This document shows positions 29,906 through 38,276 of a stretch of DNA of 59,949 bases, one piece after another. The DNA is from a virus. Taxonomy: Duplodnaviria > Caudoviricetes. The position numbers were made by a program, and so were the translations under genes. The notes under the pieces are model-generated. The model worked only from the letters and a program-made list of their open reading frames with translations, was not told the origin of the DNA and made no database searches. The first letter of the stretch is position 1. The number at the start of each line of letters is the position of its first letter. The stretch is from positions 1-59,949 of the IMG/VR virus record IMGVR_UViG_3300038825_001248; one strand, written 5' to 3'.

Positions 29906-30571
29906 TTATTTTCCAGTTTGCTTAACAGACTTTGCATTTCCTTTAGTTTTTTCTTGTTCATTTTTTATTTTGTTGAGTTCTTGTTTTAATTTCTTTAAGG
30001 TAGCTACATCAGGATTGTGTCTTTTTTTAACCTGTGCCATAACTGATTCAATACTATGCTCCATGTTTTGCTTATATACTTTTAAAGTATTTGAAAACTT
30101 TTCAGTGCCGTACATATATGCATCACCAATCTTTTCAACCTTGACAGGTTTTACTGCAATTACTTTATCGCTTACATCAACCAGATCTTCCCCAGCCCAC
30201 AACGACAATCCTAATCCATGCATTGCAATTGCTTTTACTGTACTCCTTTGTATTGTTTTATTTACATGAAACGAACTAACTCTATCAATAGTAAGTGAAT
30301 TATTTCTGTTATCCATTACTGGAAGATAATCTATATGCTCTACACCATTAATAGTTACACCTACTTTAACGTAGGCAGTTTTTCCGTCAGTAAAATAATT
30401 TAAACCTGTGTGTTCACTTTCGTAAACCTTTCTTGTACTATCTGGATATTTATCTTTTACTATTGCCCAAGCATATGCCCAAGACAAATAACTAAATCCC
30501 CCTTTGCTTTTTAACTTATCATCTATACTTATAGCTGTAAGTTCTTTAAATGTTGATTTCATTTTTCCCAT
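29906..30571 (-). CDS. sak: Sak (Rad52-like) single-strand annealing protein
   Basis: YLSWAYAW, LPVMD, NKTIQRSTVKAIAMHGLGL. Confidence 0.85.
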   Translation of the reverse strand: MGKMKSTFKELTAISIDDKLKSKGGFSYLSWAYAWAIVKDKYPDSTRKVYESEHTGLNYFTDGKTAYVKVGVTINGVEHIDYLPVMDNRNNSLTIDRVSSFHVNKTIQRSTVKAIAMHGLGLSLWAGEDLVDVSDKVIAVKPVKVEKIGDAYMYGTEKFSNTLKVYKQNMEHSIESVMAQVKKRHNPDVATLKKLKQELNKIKNEQEKTKGNAKSVKQTGK

Positions 30572-30965
30572 TATTAATTAATTTTTCTTTATAATTTTTT
30601 GCTTCAAGAAATTTTTTCAAAACTTTACCGCGCATATCTTTTAATGCATTGAAATGTCTTGTGTTATTTCTTATATTAATTTCAAGTTGAATTTTGTTTG
30701 TAATTCTTTGCAGACTATTCTGCAAATTATCAGTCATTACATTGTAAACACCATACTCAAATCCATATTTCTCAAATACTGTGTACTGATCTTTTGTAAT
30801 CTCTTGATAAAAATCGCCTTTCATTTTGGTATTAAAAATCCTAAATACACCATTGCATTTCATAATCTTTATACCTTTATATATATATGAATCGCACTCC
30901 TTATCAAACAAAGATGCTACTCCATGTTGTTTTTGTGCTTGTTTCCAAACCTCTTCTCTAGTCAT
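30546..30965 (-). CDS. Hypothetical protein
   Basis: 139 aa, overlaps neighbours. Confidence 0.6.
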   Translation of the reverse strand: MTREEVWKQAQKQHGVASLFDKECDSYIYKGIKIMKCNGVFRIFNTKMKGDFYQEITKDQYTVFEKYGFEYGVYNVMTDNLQNSLQRITNKIQLEINIRNNTRHFNALKDMRGKVLKKFLEAKNYKEKLINNGKNEINI

Positions 30966-31251
30966 TTATAATCTTGTTGATTAGTTGTTTCCAGTCAGGA
31001 TCTGTATTGATTAAGTCCTCGACTTTTGCTTTACCTCTAGTAATCTGACTATCATCTAGTTCAAGTCCATTTTCTTTACATCTTTCTAATATAAAGTTAC
31101 CTCGCATATTTCTTTGTGAGCATAAGTAGAACAATAAATCTCGTGCTTCAACATTTTCTCTCTTTCTAGTTTTGGTGAAAATGTCATCTTTAGATATTTC
31201 AAGTACATCTTCCACTACTCCAACGTACTTATCAAATATTTTTCTTTTCAT
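30958..31251 (-). CDS. DnaA C-terminal-like HTH protein
   Basis: ISKDDIFTKTRKRENVEARDLLFYL resembles DnaA domain IV. Confidence 0.6.
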   Translation of the reverse strand: MKRKIFDKYVGVVEDVLEISKDDIFTKTRKRENVEARDLLFYLCSQRNMRGNFILERCKENGLELDDSQITRGKAKVEDLINTDPDWKQLINKIIND

Positions 31252-31308
31252 TAAATTAAATTTTAGTCAAGCAAAATACAAAAATTTTGCAATAGTTCAA
31301 AATAAATT

Positions 31309-31449
31309 TTACATTAAATCTGCCTGAAAGCAATCATCAGAGCAGTAACCTTCTTTGTCTATTGGTTTTTCACAACACTGGCATTTATGCTCATTGTTCC
31401 AACCTCTATAATCATGTTCTTGCCAAACTAACCAGCTATCGTAGTCCAT
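31309..31449 (-). CDS. Small Zn-finger protein (46 aa, not in ORF track)
   Basis: CQCCEKPIDKEGYCSDDC. Confidence 0.65.
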   Translation of the reverse strand: MDYDSWLVWQEHDYRGWNNEHKCQCCEKPIDKEGYCSDDCFQADLM

Positions 31450-31655
31450 AATTTACACATCATTATAATTATTATTAAAATTAAAGTTCCAAAGAAACTG
31501 ATGCCACAACCAATGGTATCTTTTTGTCTATCAACCCTTCTTTCTGTTTTAATTCGGATTGTTTTTAGATCTCGAATGATTCTTTGAAGTTTGTTTCTGT
31601 CCCTTGTATCAACAAAGTCCAGTGTCTGTTGTAATGTCTGTATTATTTTTTTCAT
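31428..31655 (-). CDS. Small membrane protein
   Basis: C-terminal hydrophobic helix. Confidence 0.55.
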   Translation of the reverse strand: MKKIIQTLQQTLDFVDTRDRNKLQRIIRDLKTIRIKTERRVDRQKDTIGCGISFFGTLILIIIIMMCKLWTTIAG

Positions 31656-31839
31656 ATAGTTTTACTTTTGTGTGAGTTTCGTTATAAAAAAACAAATCAA
31701 TCTCATTATTGTTATCATACTCTACAACAACAACGTCTCCAGTGTCATGATTAAAGGCATAGTCATAAGGTTTTATATCTCCCTCTTCGACTATCCAGAA
31801 ATCACCAAAGTTATCAATCAGCTTTCTCATTTTCATCAT
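31609..31839 (-). CDS. Hypothetical early protein
   Basis: Tiled small ORF. Confidence 0.5.
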   Translation of the reverse strand: MMKMRKLIDNFGDFWIVEEGDIKPYDYAFNHDTGDVVVVEYDNNNEIDLFFYNETHTKVKLYEKNNTDITTDTGLC

Positions 31840-32017
31840 TTTTTTCTAATTCATCTGCATATTCACATGCTGAATTATAAACATTGTTATCGTATTGCAT
31901 GACATAATCTACAAAATTATCATACCATTCTAATCGTTGCTTTAAGTTTTTGTTTTCTGTTTGCAATGCCTCAATCATTTGTCGGTATTGTTGCATTAAA
32001 TCTTCTTTACTTGTCAT
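31814..32017 (-). CDS. Hypothetical early protein
   Basis: 67 aa coiled-coil. Confidence 0.55.
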   Translation of the reverse strand: MTSKEDLMQQYRQMIEALQTENKNLKQRLEWYDNFVDYVMQYDNNVYNSACEYADELEKNDENEKAD

Positions 32018-32033
32018 ATTTGTTGGGTTTTAA

Positions 32034-32059
32034 GACAACCCCTCTTTCGAGGGGCTATC
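32034..32059 (-). terminator. GAAA-tetraloop hairpin (terminator or processing site)
   Basis: GATAGCCCCTC-GAAA-GAGGGGTTGTC on the minus strand, intergenic. Confidence 0.6.
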
Positions 32060-32115
32060 AATTAACAATTAAACTAAACTAAACATATCATGAAAATCAC
32101 AATAATATTTTTATA

Positions 32116-32586
32116 CTACCAGCTTGACTGATAATAATATTCTTCATCTTTACTTATATCTTTTAACTGCTTTATGGTGTCTTCAATGTCAGTCATATAT
32201 TCTTCTGCATATTCATGGTTGCCGAAGAAAAAACCCTCTGTTGTAGGTAAAACCTCTTTAGCTAGTTTTTCAAATTCTTGTGAAGCCCCATATTGTTCAA
32301 ACAATTCTTTTATTCCAACACATATTTTATATAGTTCGACAAGTTGCTGATAATCTACATAGTATTGAGCGCAATTATCAATACCGCGTTGTGCGTTATC
32401 AACAAACCATTGATGAATCATATTGGCTTTGCGCCAATACGCAACCTCTTGTTCTACATACGTTGCGTTTTTTGTGTCAATTGTTTTACCACCTTTTACA
32501 AGTGTTAATTTAGATCTATTTTCTTTTGGGGTGTGTTCCCAATTTTTTATATAAATCTTTTTAGTTAAGTACATATCTAATCCCAT
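32116..32586 (-). CDS. Conserved phage protein (MGLDMY...YWRKAN.IH.WF...YQSSW type)
   Basis: Motif set recalled from many phage early regions; function unknown. Confidence 0.75.
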   Translation of the reverse strand: MGLDMYLTKKIYIKNWEHTPKENRSKLTLVKGGKTIDTKNATYVEQEVAYWRKANMIHQWFVDNAQRGIDNCAQYYVDYQQLVELYKICVGIKELFEQYGASQEFEKLAKEVLPTTEGFFFGNHEYAEEYMTDIEDTIKQLKDISKDEEYYYQSSW

Positions 32587-32663
32587 AGTTTTAAGTTTTG
32601 AATTTTAAATGTAATGTATTTGTATTTAATTTGCAAGTTTTTTATTATTTATTTTAGTTTTGG

Positions 32664-32894
32664 TTAATGTTTTATTGTTTGACTTAATACTTCCATAGCT
32701 TTATATTTTCTTATATAATCTATGTGCTTTTTATCATTCAACCAATAATCAACAGCCCTAATCAAAGTTGTTTTCTCTTTATGTTTTTTTAAATAATTAT
32801 ATAAGTTTTGAAAACACTTTTGATCTTTTTTAGATAAATTGCAATAAGTATATCTATTTGCTTTTAGTTTTGGTAAATAATCTTTTACTTTCAT
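32664..32894 (-). CDS. Hypothetical early protein
   Basis: 76 aa, A-rich start context. Confidence 0.55.
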   Translation of the reverse strand: MKVKDYLPKLKANRYTYCNLSKKDQKCFQNLYNYLKKHKEKTTLIRAVDYWLNDKKHIDYIRKYKAMEVLSQTIKH

Positions 32895-32916
32895 AGTTAT
32901 TTATTTATTAAGTTTT

Positions 32917-33051
32917 TTAATTTGTTATATCGCAATCGCCATTCGCCAGTTTTTGACTAATGATATAAGAATTGGCATAGGCAATTAACATATCTCTGCT
33001 TATATTTTTATCCTTTATTGATATGCATAGTAAGTAAAATTCTTTTTTCAT
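32917..33051 (-). CDS. Small hypothetical protein (44 aa)
   Basis: MKKEFYLL...; fills the gap. Confidence 0.4.
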   Translation of the reverse strand: MKKEFYLLCISIKDKNISRDMLIAYANSYIISQKLANGDCDITN

Positions 33052-33062
33052 AATTATTTAGT

Positions 33063-33272
33063 TTATTTTATATCATGAAATTCTTTCATGACTTCTTCTT
33101 TTGTTTCGTGCCACTCTCCGACATAATCATTCTTTATTCCTTGCAATTGATATAGTGGCTTATTATTATAATGATCATATCCTTGAAATATCTTAAATCC
33201 CTCTAGAAATAAATAATCATCAAATAATGTTCTATATTTTTTCTTTTGTTCTACTCCTAAAAATCTTTTCAT
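33063..33272 (-). CDS. Hypothetical early protein
   Basis: 69 aa, A-rich start context. Confidence 0.55.
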   Translation of the reverse strand: MKRFLGVEQKKKYRTLFDDYLFLEGFKIFQGYDHYNNKPLYQLQGIKNDYVGEWHETKEEVMKEFHDIK

Positions 33273-33287
33273 AGTTATATATTTATT

Positions 33288-33446
33288 TTAATATCCGCCG
33301 TAGAATCCGCCCTCAAAATTTGCATACGTTGGCAGTTCTTTTTTCTCTAGCTTTGCAATTTTCTTTTTAAGTTTGGCTATTTTCTTTTTTCTTCTTTTTG
33401 CAATTAGATCTAAATGCGCAATATATCTTTGAAATTTATCATTCAT
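33288..33446 (-). CDS. Small hypothetical protein (52 aa)
   Basis: MNDKFQRY...GGFYGGY; fills the gap. Confidence 0.5.
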   Translation of the reverse strand: MNDKFQRYIAHLDLIAKRRKKKIAKLKKKIAKLEKKELPTYANFEGGFYGGY

Positions 33447-33464
33447 AGTATTTAATTTTAATTG

Positions 33465-33701
33465 TTAATAATAATCGCCGTTTTTTATCTTATCGGCTTT
33501 TTCTTGTGCTTCAAATAACAAATCGATTAATTCATCAAGAGCTTCAGTTTTTGCCATGTAGTCGCTACCTTTTTGGCTATCTTCCCACCCATTCCATTTA
33601 TCAATTTGATTATCTGCTTGTTCTTCTCTAGTGTAAACCTCATCTTTAATTTCTTCAATATAGGTTTCAATTTGAGATATTATTTTAGTTAATTTTGCCA
33701 T
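33465..33701 (-). CDS. Acidic early protein
   Basis: 78 aa, D/E-rich helical. Confidence 0.6.
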   Translation of the reverse strand: MAKLTKIISQIETYIEEIKDEVYTREEQADNQIDKWNGWEDSQKGSDYMAKTEALDELIDLLFEAQEKADKIKNGDYY

Positions 33702-33720
33702 AAAATTTAGTTTTAATTGT

Positions 33721-33766
33721 TAGTTGATAAGGGGGGAATCGAACCCCCCAATTAACCATTTTATCA
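33721..33766 (-). ncRNA. tRNA-like element (acceptor-like stem plus T-arm, no anticodon arm)
   Basis: TGATAA-AATGGTTAATT-GGGGGG-TTCGATT-CCCCCC-TTATCA-ACTA. Confidence 0.5.
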
Positions 33767-33767
33767 T

Positions 33768-33908
33768 TTAGAACATTAAGGCAAGTTCTGAAGCCGTTAC
33801 ATTGGTTAATAAATGATGAACTATTAAGAGCCAACCGAACACAAAAAGCGAAGCTAAAGCCGTTAAAAATCCGTTTATTAATCCGTTTAAAAGTTGTTGA
33901 GTTTTCAT
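33768..33908 (-). CDS. Small membrane protein (46 aa)
   Basis: MKTQQLLNGLINGFLTALASLFVFGWLLIV... Confidence 0.55.
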   Translation of the reverse strand: MKTQQLLNGLINGFLTALASLFVFGWLLIVHHLLTNVTASELALMF

Positions 33909-33914
33909 AATTAT

Positions 33915-34382
33915 TTATTTTAAATTAAGTTTATATATTATTTCGTGTTTAGTTTCTGTAATGAATTCTAAACCGAAGCCGATTTTATTTAAAATTCTTT
34001 CCATTGAAGAAAAACCGCAAGCCCCGTCTAGTGTTGTTCTGGTGTGCTTTGATGCGCGTTTTTGTGATTTTCGCGTTTTGGTGTTGTAGTGGCGTAATCC
34101 ATAAAAACCGCCTTTATCATAACTGCCATAATTAGCCGTTAGGCGCTTTAATTGTTCGCCGAAATAATCCGCGATAAAATCGCCAAAGGCCGTACCTTTC
34201 ATATCGTAACCGCCCCCACAAGTAGAAGAAATTTTATTTCCTCTTGTGTCTTTAAGCGTGCAAATATTCCAGCCGTAAGTATCACGACCCTTTGAAGTTG
34301 TCCACTTAAAAACTAGCGTTTCAAGTTTCCAATTGTGAGACAAAAATTCTTGCCTTGTTTGTTTGTTTAATAAGTATTTCAT
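33915..34382 (-). CDS. First early gene, hypothetical (start MKYLL at 34382)
   Basis: Start placed downstream of the consensus promoter; CGGGYDMKGT and LDGACG motifs. Confidence 0.7.
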   Translation of the reverse strand: MKYLLNKQTRQEFLSHNWKLETLVFKWTTSKGRDTYGWNICTLKDTRGNKISSTCGGGYDMKGTAFGDFIADYFGEQLKRLTANYGSYDKGGFYGLRHYNTKTRKSQKRASKHTRTTLDGACGFSSMERILNKIGFGLEFITETKHEIIYKLNLK

Positions 34383-34407
34383 AATAATAATTTTTAATTG
34401 TTTGATA

Positions 34408-34440
34408 CAAATATAAATAAATAAATTATTAATATGCAAA
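34408..34440 (-). promoter_or_regulatory. Complete Bacteroidota housekeeping-sigma promoter driving the early arm
   Basis: TTTG (-33), 21 nt spacer, TATATTTG (-7) on the minus strand. Confidence 0.8.
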
Positions 34441-34792
34441 TAAATTGCAAAAAAAATGCATTCAACAGATTAAAAAAAGTTTTGCTTTACCCCTAAATTT
34501 GTTTATGCTTGGTTTTTTGGTGGGGGGTGTAACACGAGGGAAGGCCGAGGGCGCACAAACTCGGAAAGTTTGCAGAACGCAGAACGTAGCGAGGGGAAAC
34601 CCTAGCGGGGCGGAGGTGGACCAACCAGGGCAGAAAAAAGCTAAAAAATCCACAGAAAAAATAATTTTATAAAGTAAAGCGACTAAAAAAAAACGGTTTT
34701 AATTTTAGGGTGTGTGTGTTGTAATATATATATAACCCATTACCTCCACATATCTAATATTTTTTCGTATCTTTACAATAAATAAATACGTT

Positions 34793-34975
34793 ATGGACGG
34801 ATTAACAATCAAAAACGGAAGACTAATTAACATGAGACCGGACGGCATGTCTGGAATAGAACAAGCTTCTTTATATAGACAACAAATGAAGAAGCAATAC
34901 AAGATTGATATGATCGCAGACGGAATCGAAAGAGCTAAGATGCGTGAAGAAGGCCGAAGTTATTTCGGTATGTAA
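34793..34975 (+). CDS. Small hypothetical protein
   Basis: 60 aa; TATCTTTA box at 34768-34775 and own terminator. Confidence 0.65.
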   Translation: MDGLTIKNGRLINMRPDGMSGIEQASLYRQQMKKQYKIDMIADGIERAKMREEGRSYFGM

Positions 34976-35004
34976 AATACTTTCCCAAGTTAGTTGAGTT
35001 TTGT

Positions 35005-35042
35005 AAAAAGAGTAGTGAAAAAAGTAGCTACTCTTTTTTTTT
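35005..35042 (+). terminator. Intrinsic terminator
   Basis: AAAAAGAGTAG / CTACTCTTTTT stem plus long T-run. Confidence 0.75.
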
Positions 35043-35081
35043 CAAGAAAACACATGTAAATTTTTTGCGTAAACTATACTG

Positions 35082-35286
35082 ATTCGTGTCGACTTTTTTA
35101 ATTCGTGTCGACTTGGTGTCAACTTTTTTTAACCTTGACACTCTGTAACTAGTTGATTATTAATAACTTATATTAATTAGTGTCGAAGTGTCGACTTTAA
35201 CCCCAGTTTCTAGAAAAAAAAATTTAGTAGTAGTAGTAAAAAAAAATAAAAAAAAGAATAGGGAGTGAAACTTGACACAGTGACAC
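35082..35286. repeat. Cluster of eight GTGTCR motifs in both orientations (putative origin iterons)
   Basis: Forward copies at 35086, 35105, 35116, 35180, 35188; reverse copies at 35135, 35272, 35281. Confidence 0.75.
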
Positions 35287-35309
35287 TTTTTATTTTGAAA
35301 GTAATTGTA

Positions 35310-35317
35310 TATATTTG
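35310..35317 (+). promoter_or_regulatory. Bacteroidota -7 promoter element (groEL)
   Basis: TATATTTG upstream of ATG 35344. Confidence 0.65.
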
Positions 35318-35343
35318 TATATAATCAAATTTAATTTATTGTT

Positions 35344-36939
35344 ATGGAACAAGGATACACGCCCAGAGAGTTACACTTTGACTCTGAAGGCAGAAACAAA
35401 CTCATAAGCGGAATCGCTAAAATATCAAGAGCGGTTAAGTCAACTCTTGGCCCTAGAGGGCAGACAGTCTTAATAGAATCACGCACACATACACACGGAA
35501 TCACAGTAACTAAAGACGGAGTTACGGTTGCTAAGTCGATTGACTTGTTGGATCCGGTGGAGAACTTAGCGGTGAAGATGATGAAGGAAGCTGCAGATAG
35601 AACTGCGACCTCAGCTGGAGACGGAACGACGACTGCTATAGTATTGACGGAAGCGTTAGTTGAAGCGGGTGAAAAATACCTAGATAAGTCGGTAAATCCG
35701 ACGGTTGTGATACGTGAAATCAACAAACACACTTCACACGTAATTAAAAAGCTGGAGAAACAAGCGAAGAAATTATCCAAGAAAAGATTGTTGGACGTTG
35801 CTACTATATCGTCGAACAATGACAAAGAGATAGGGAAAATAATATACGATACTTATAACAAGGTAGGGCAAGACGGACTTGTCACGGTTGAAAACTCACA
35901 GAGTCATAATACATATAGTGAGGTGACAAAAGGGATCCGCGTTGAAAGAGGATATACATCGAATCTATTTGTGAACAATCAAAAGAAAGACGAGTGTGTG
36001 CTTGAGAACGTAAAGATACTTGTAGTAGATCAGGAGATTAATAACATACTTAGTATAGAGAAAATTTTGAAACCCATTATCAGTAACGGCGACAAACTGC
36101 TGATAATTGGAAATTGCCATAACAATGTCGTCAATACCCTAGCTGCAAATGTCGTTCGTAATGGCTTGAAGATATGTAATATCATGCCACCTCAGTTTGG
36201 TTACAAACAACATGAATTGATGAGCGACATAGCACTAGCGGTTGGTGCCAAGTATTTCAGTGAGAAGACTGGTGATGACTTGTCGTTGATTTCCACGGAG
36301 GATCTTGGGCATGCAGCAAAAGTAATTGTGGGTAGAGACAATACGATTATTATTAGAGATGATAAAGAAATTGAAGAGATACCACAAAGAGTTGAAGAAC
36401 TTTGGGAGCAACATAAGAATACGAAAATAAAATCTGAGAAAGATTTTATCCTGCAACGTATCGCTAGCCTCAGCGGAGGAATCGGAGTGATATATGTCGG
36501 CGGTAATTCAGATGTTGAGCAAAAAGAAAAATTTGACCGCGTCGATGACGCGGTATGTGCAGTGCGTTCTGCACTTGAAGAAGGAATTGTAGCGGGCGGA
36601 GGAGTGCCACTACTTAGAATATCTAAGGAACTTAATGAAGATGTTGAAAATGCAGAGGAAAAAGTTGCACTTCAAATATTAAAAGACGCATTAGCAGTTC
36701 CATGCAAACAGATATTGTTAAACGCAGGTGAAGATGAAGAAAGCATTACTAGATTTATTCTTGATGAGAGAAATGGTTATGATGTAAAGAATCAGAAATT
36801 TGGTGACATGTATAAGTTAGGGGTTATTGATCCACTAAAGGTAACAAAGAATGCCTTGATCAATGCAGTATCTGTTGCAACAACCATACTTAGTACGAAC
36901 GCTATCGTGACTTTAGCTAGAACATACGATAGTAAATAA
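35344..36939 (+). CDS. groEL: Chaperonin GroEL
   Basis: TLGPRG, VTKDGVTVAK, AGDGTTTA, GIVAGGG, GVIDPLKV; lacks the GGM tail. Confidence 0.97.
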   Translation: MEQGYTPRELHFDSEGRNKLISGIAKISRAVKSTLGPRGQTVLIESRTHTHGITVTKDGVTVAKSIDLLDPVENLAVKMMKEAADRTATSAGDGTTTAIVLTEALVEAGEKYLDKSVNPTVVIREINKHTSHVIKKLEKQAKKLSKKRLLDVATISSNNDKEIGKIIYDTYNKVGQDGLVTVENSQSHNTYSEVTKGIRVERGYTSNLFVNNQKKDECVLENVKILVVDQEINNILSIEKILKPIISNGDKLLIIGNCHNNVVNTLAANVVRNGLKICNIMPPQFGYKQHELMSDIALAVGAKYFSEKTGDDLSLISTEDLGHAAKVIVGRDNTIIIRDDKEIEEIPQRVEELWEQHKNTKIKSEKDFILQRIASLSGGIGVIYVGGNSDVEQKEKFDRVDDAVCAVRSALEEGIVAGGGVPLLRISKELNEDVENAEEKVALQILKDALAVPCKQILLNAGEDEESITRFILDERNGYDVKNQKFGDMYKLGVIDPLKVTKNALINAVSVATTILSTNAIVTLARTYDSK

Positions 36940-36957
36940 TAACTTAAAACCAAGAAT

Positions 36958-37089
36958 ATGCCAATTTATAACGAAATATTTGATTCTTTCAGAGCAAAGA
37001 CTCAAAAGCTAGAAGATGCAATAAAGCTTCTAGAAGAAAACGGATTTATTGTATACAACAAAGATAAGAAGTATGAATCCAGTAAATAA
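36958..37089 (+). CDS. Small hypothetical protein (43 aa) between groEL and groES
   Basis: MPIYNEIF...AIKLLEENGFIVY. Confidence 0.55.
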   Translation: MPIYNEIFDSFRAKTQKLEDAIKLLEENGFIVYNKDKKYESSK

Positions 37090-37330
37090 ATATATTGTAG
37101 TTAGAGAAATAGTAGAAGAACACAAGACAGATTCAGGGCTTCTATTGTCATCACAGGATGTTGATACCTATAGATACAAGAAAGGATTAGTGTTGAAAGT
37201 AGGAAACAATGTAGAAGTGATTAAAGAAAACGACTCTATATACTACGATAAAGCAGCAGGACATAAAATATTACTACAAGACGAACCGCTCACAATTATT
37301 CAGGAGCGTGATGTTGTAGTTGTTTTGTAG
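37073..37330 (+). CDS. groES: Co-chaperonin GroES (start MNPVNK at 37073)
   Basis: P..KYIVV, KTDSGLLL mobile loop, GLVLKVG, IIQERDVVVVL. Confidence 0.88.
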   Translation: MNPVNKYIVVREIVEEHKTDSGLLLSSQDVDTYRYKKGLVLKVGNNVEVIKENDSIYYDKAAGHKILLQDEPLTIIQERDVVVVL

Positions 37331-37769
37331 CTTCATTTATTTTTTTTATTGCATTTCTATATACTTTATCAGTATATGATACATTTTTGTTGAACAAAGG
37401 GTTTCTTTCAGAAATCTCTTCTCCGTTCAGTTTTTTGTAGATAGTATCTATGATACGTCTCGTTTTATAAGTGAGCTCATATAGCGTCGCTTGTTTACCG
37501 CTGCGCTTTCTCCAAACATGAATCCAACCATCTCTCAACATTCTGTCAAACCTATTGACGTCCCAAGACATTAGCTCCTCATACTCCTTGAAGTCAGTTT
37601 TTTTAAATAGCTGCTCGCTATATAGAAATAATAACATTTCCAGATCTGGAGTAGTCAGTCCATACTTTGCTTTTACCCAATAACGAATGACTCTCCAGTA
37701 TTTCAAATAGTCGTTAGTAGGTTCTTTTCTGTCGTAGTTGTTTCTGATTGTTGATTTAATAGTCGTCAA
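37296..37769 (-). CDS. Putative winged-helix DNA-binding protein
   Basis: DLEMLLFLY...RMLRDGWI...LYELTYK, a MarR-like pattern. Confidence 0.55.
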   Translation of the reverse strand: MTTIKSTIRNNYDRKEPTNDYLKYWRVIRYWVKAKYGLTTPDLEMLLFLYSEQLFKKTDFKEYEELMSWDVNRFDRMLRDGWIHVWRKRSGKQATLYELTYKTRRIIDTIYKKLNGEEISERNPLFNKNVSYTDKVYRNAIKKINEATKQLQHHAPE

Positions 37770-38004
37770 GATTTATAGTAGATTTAAAATTTTTTAACAC
37801 GGCACACTTTTCATATTCCTCTTTATCTTCAAAGTAACTTATCATGTGATTTATATCCTCGACATCTATGTATTCGTTAGTTGGATCAAACGGCAAAACT
37901 ACTTGATCAAGAAATAAAGCGACCTCTTCAAATGAATGTTGACCTATTAACAAACCATACCCAACACTCATCCCGTCGTCGTAGGTTTGTAAAAAATCAT
38001 CCAT
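37756..38004 (-). CDS. Small acidic protein with UVR-like motif
   Basis: FEDKEEYEKCAVLK. Confidence 0.6.
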   Translation of the reverse strand: MDDFLQTYDDGMSVGYGLLIGQHSFEEVALFLDQVVLPFDPTNEYIDVEDINHMISYFEDKEEYEKCAVLKNFKSTINLDDY

Positions 38005-38015
38005 AAAATAATTGT

Positions 38016-38023
38016 TATCTTTG
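38016..38023 (+). promoter_or_regulatory. Bacteroidota -7 promoter element
   Basis: TATCTTTG upstream of ATG 38055. Confidence 0.6.
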
Positions 38024-38054
38024 TAAAGATATTAATAATTTTAAAATCTTAAAA

Positions 38055-38276
38055 ATGAAACAAGGTTACAACGATAGACTTGACGAGTCAATAGGTGGAA
38101 GAGACAAGGGCCCAAAAAAACAATCCATGAAAGACAGGAGAGACGAGAGTAAGGCTATGTCTAAAAAGATGTACAAACACTCTTATGGTGCAGACAGCGG
38201 AATGTCATATAGACACAAAATTCCAGCTCACGTTCACAACGTAAAAGGACACCTATCTTCTTTAATTAAGAAGTAA
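38055..38276 (+). CDS. Small basic protein
   Basis: 73 aa, K/R/H-rich. Confidence 0.65.
   Translation: MKQGYNDRLDESIGGRDKGPKKQSMKDRRDESKAMSKKMYKHSYGADSGMSYRHKIPAHVHNVKGHLSSLIKK

Noticed and set aside
33721-33766. Bona fide tRNA gene
   Set aside because: Too short; no anticodon arm or D-stem; kept only as a tRNA-like element
34445-34672. ORFs 34445-34672 (+) and 34462-34653 (-)
   Set aside because: Probably arise from stop-poor GC-rich sequence; atypical composition and start context
35082-35286. Mini-CRISPR array
   Set aside because: Repeats are 6-14 bp, irregularly spaced and in both orientations
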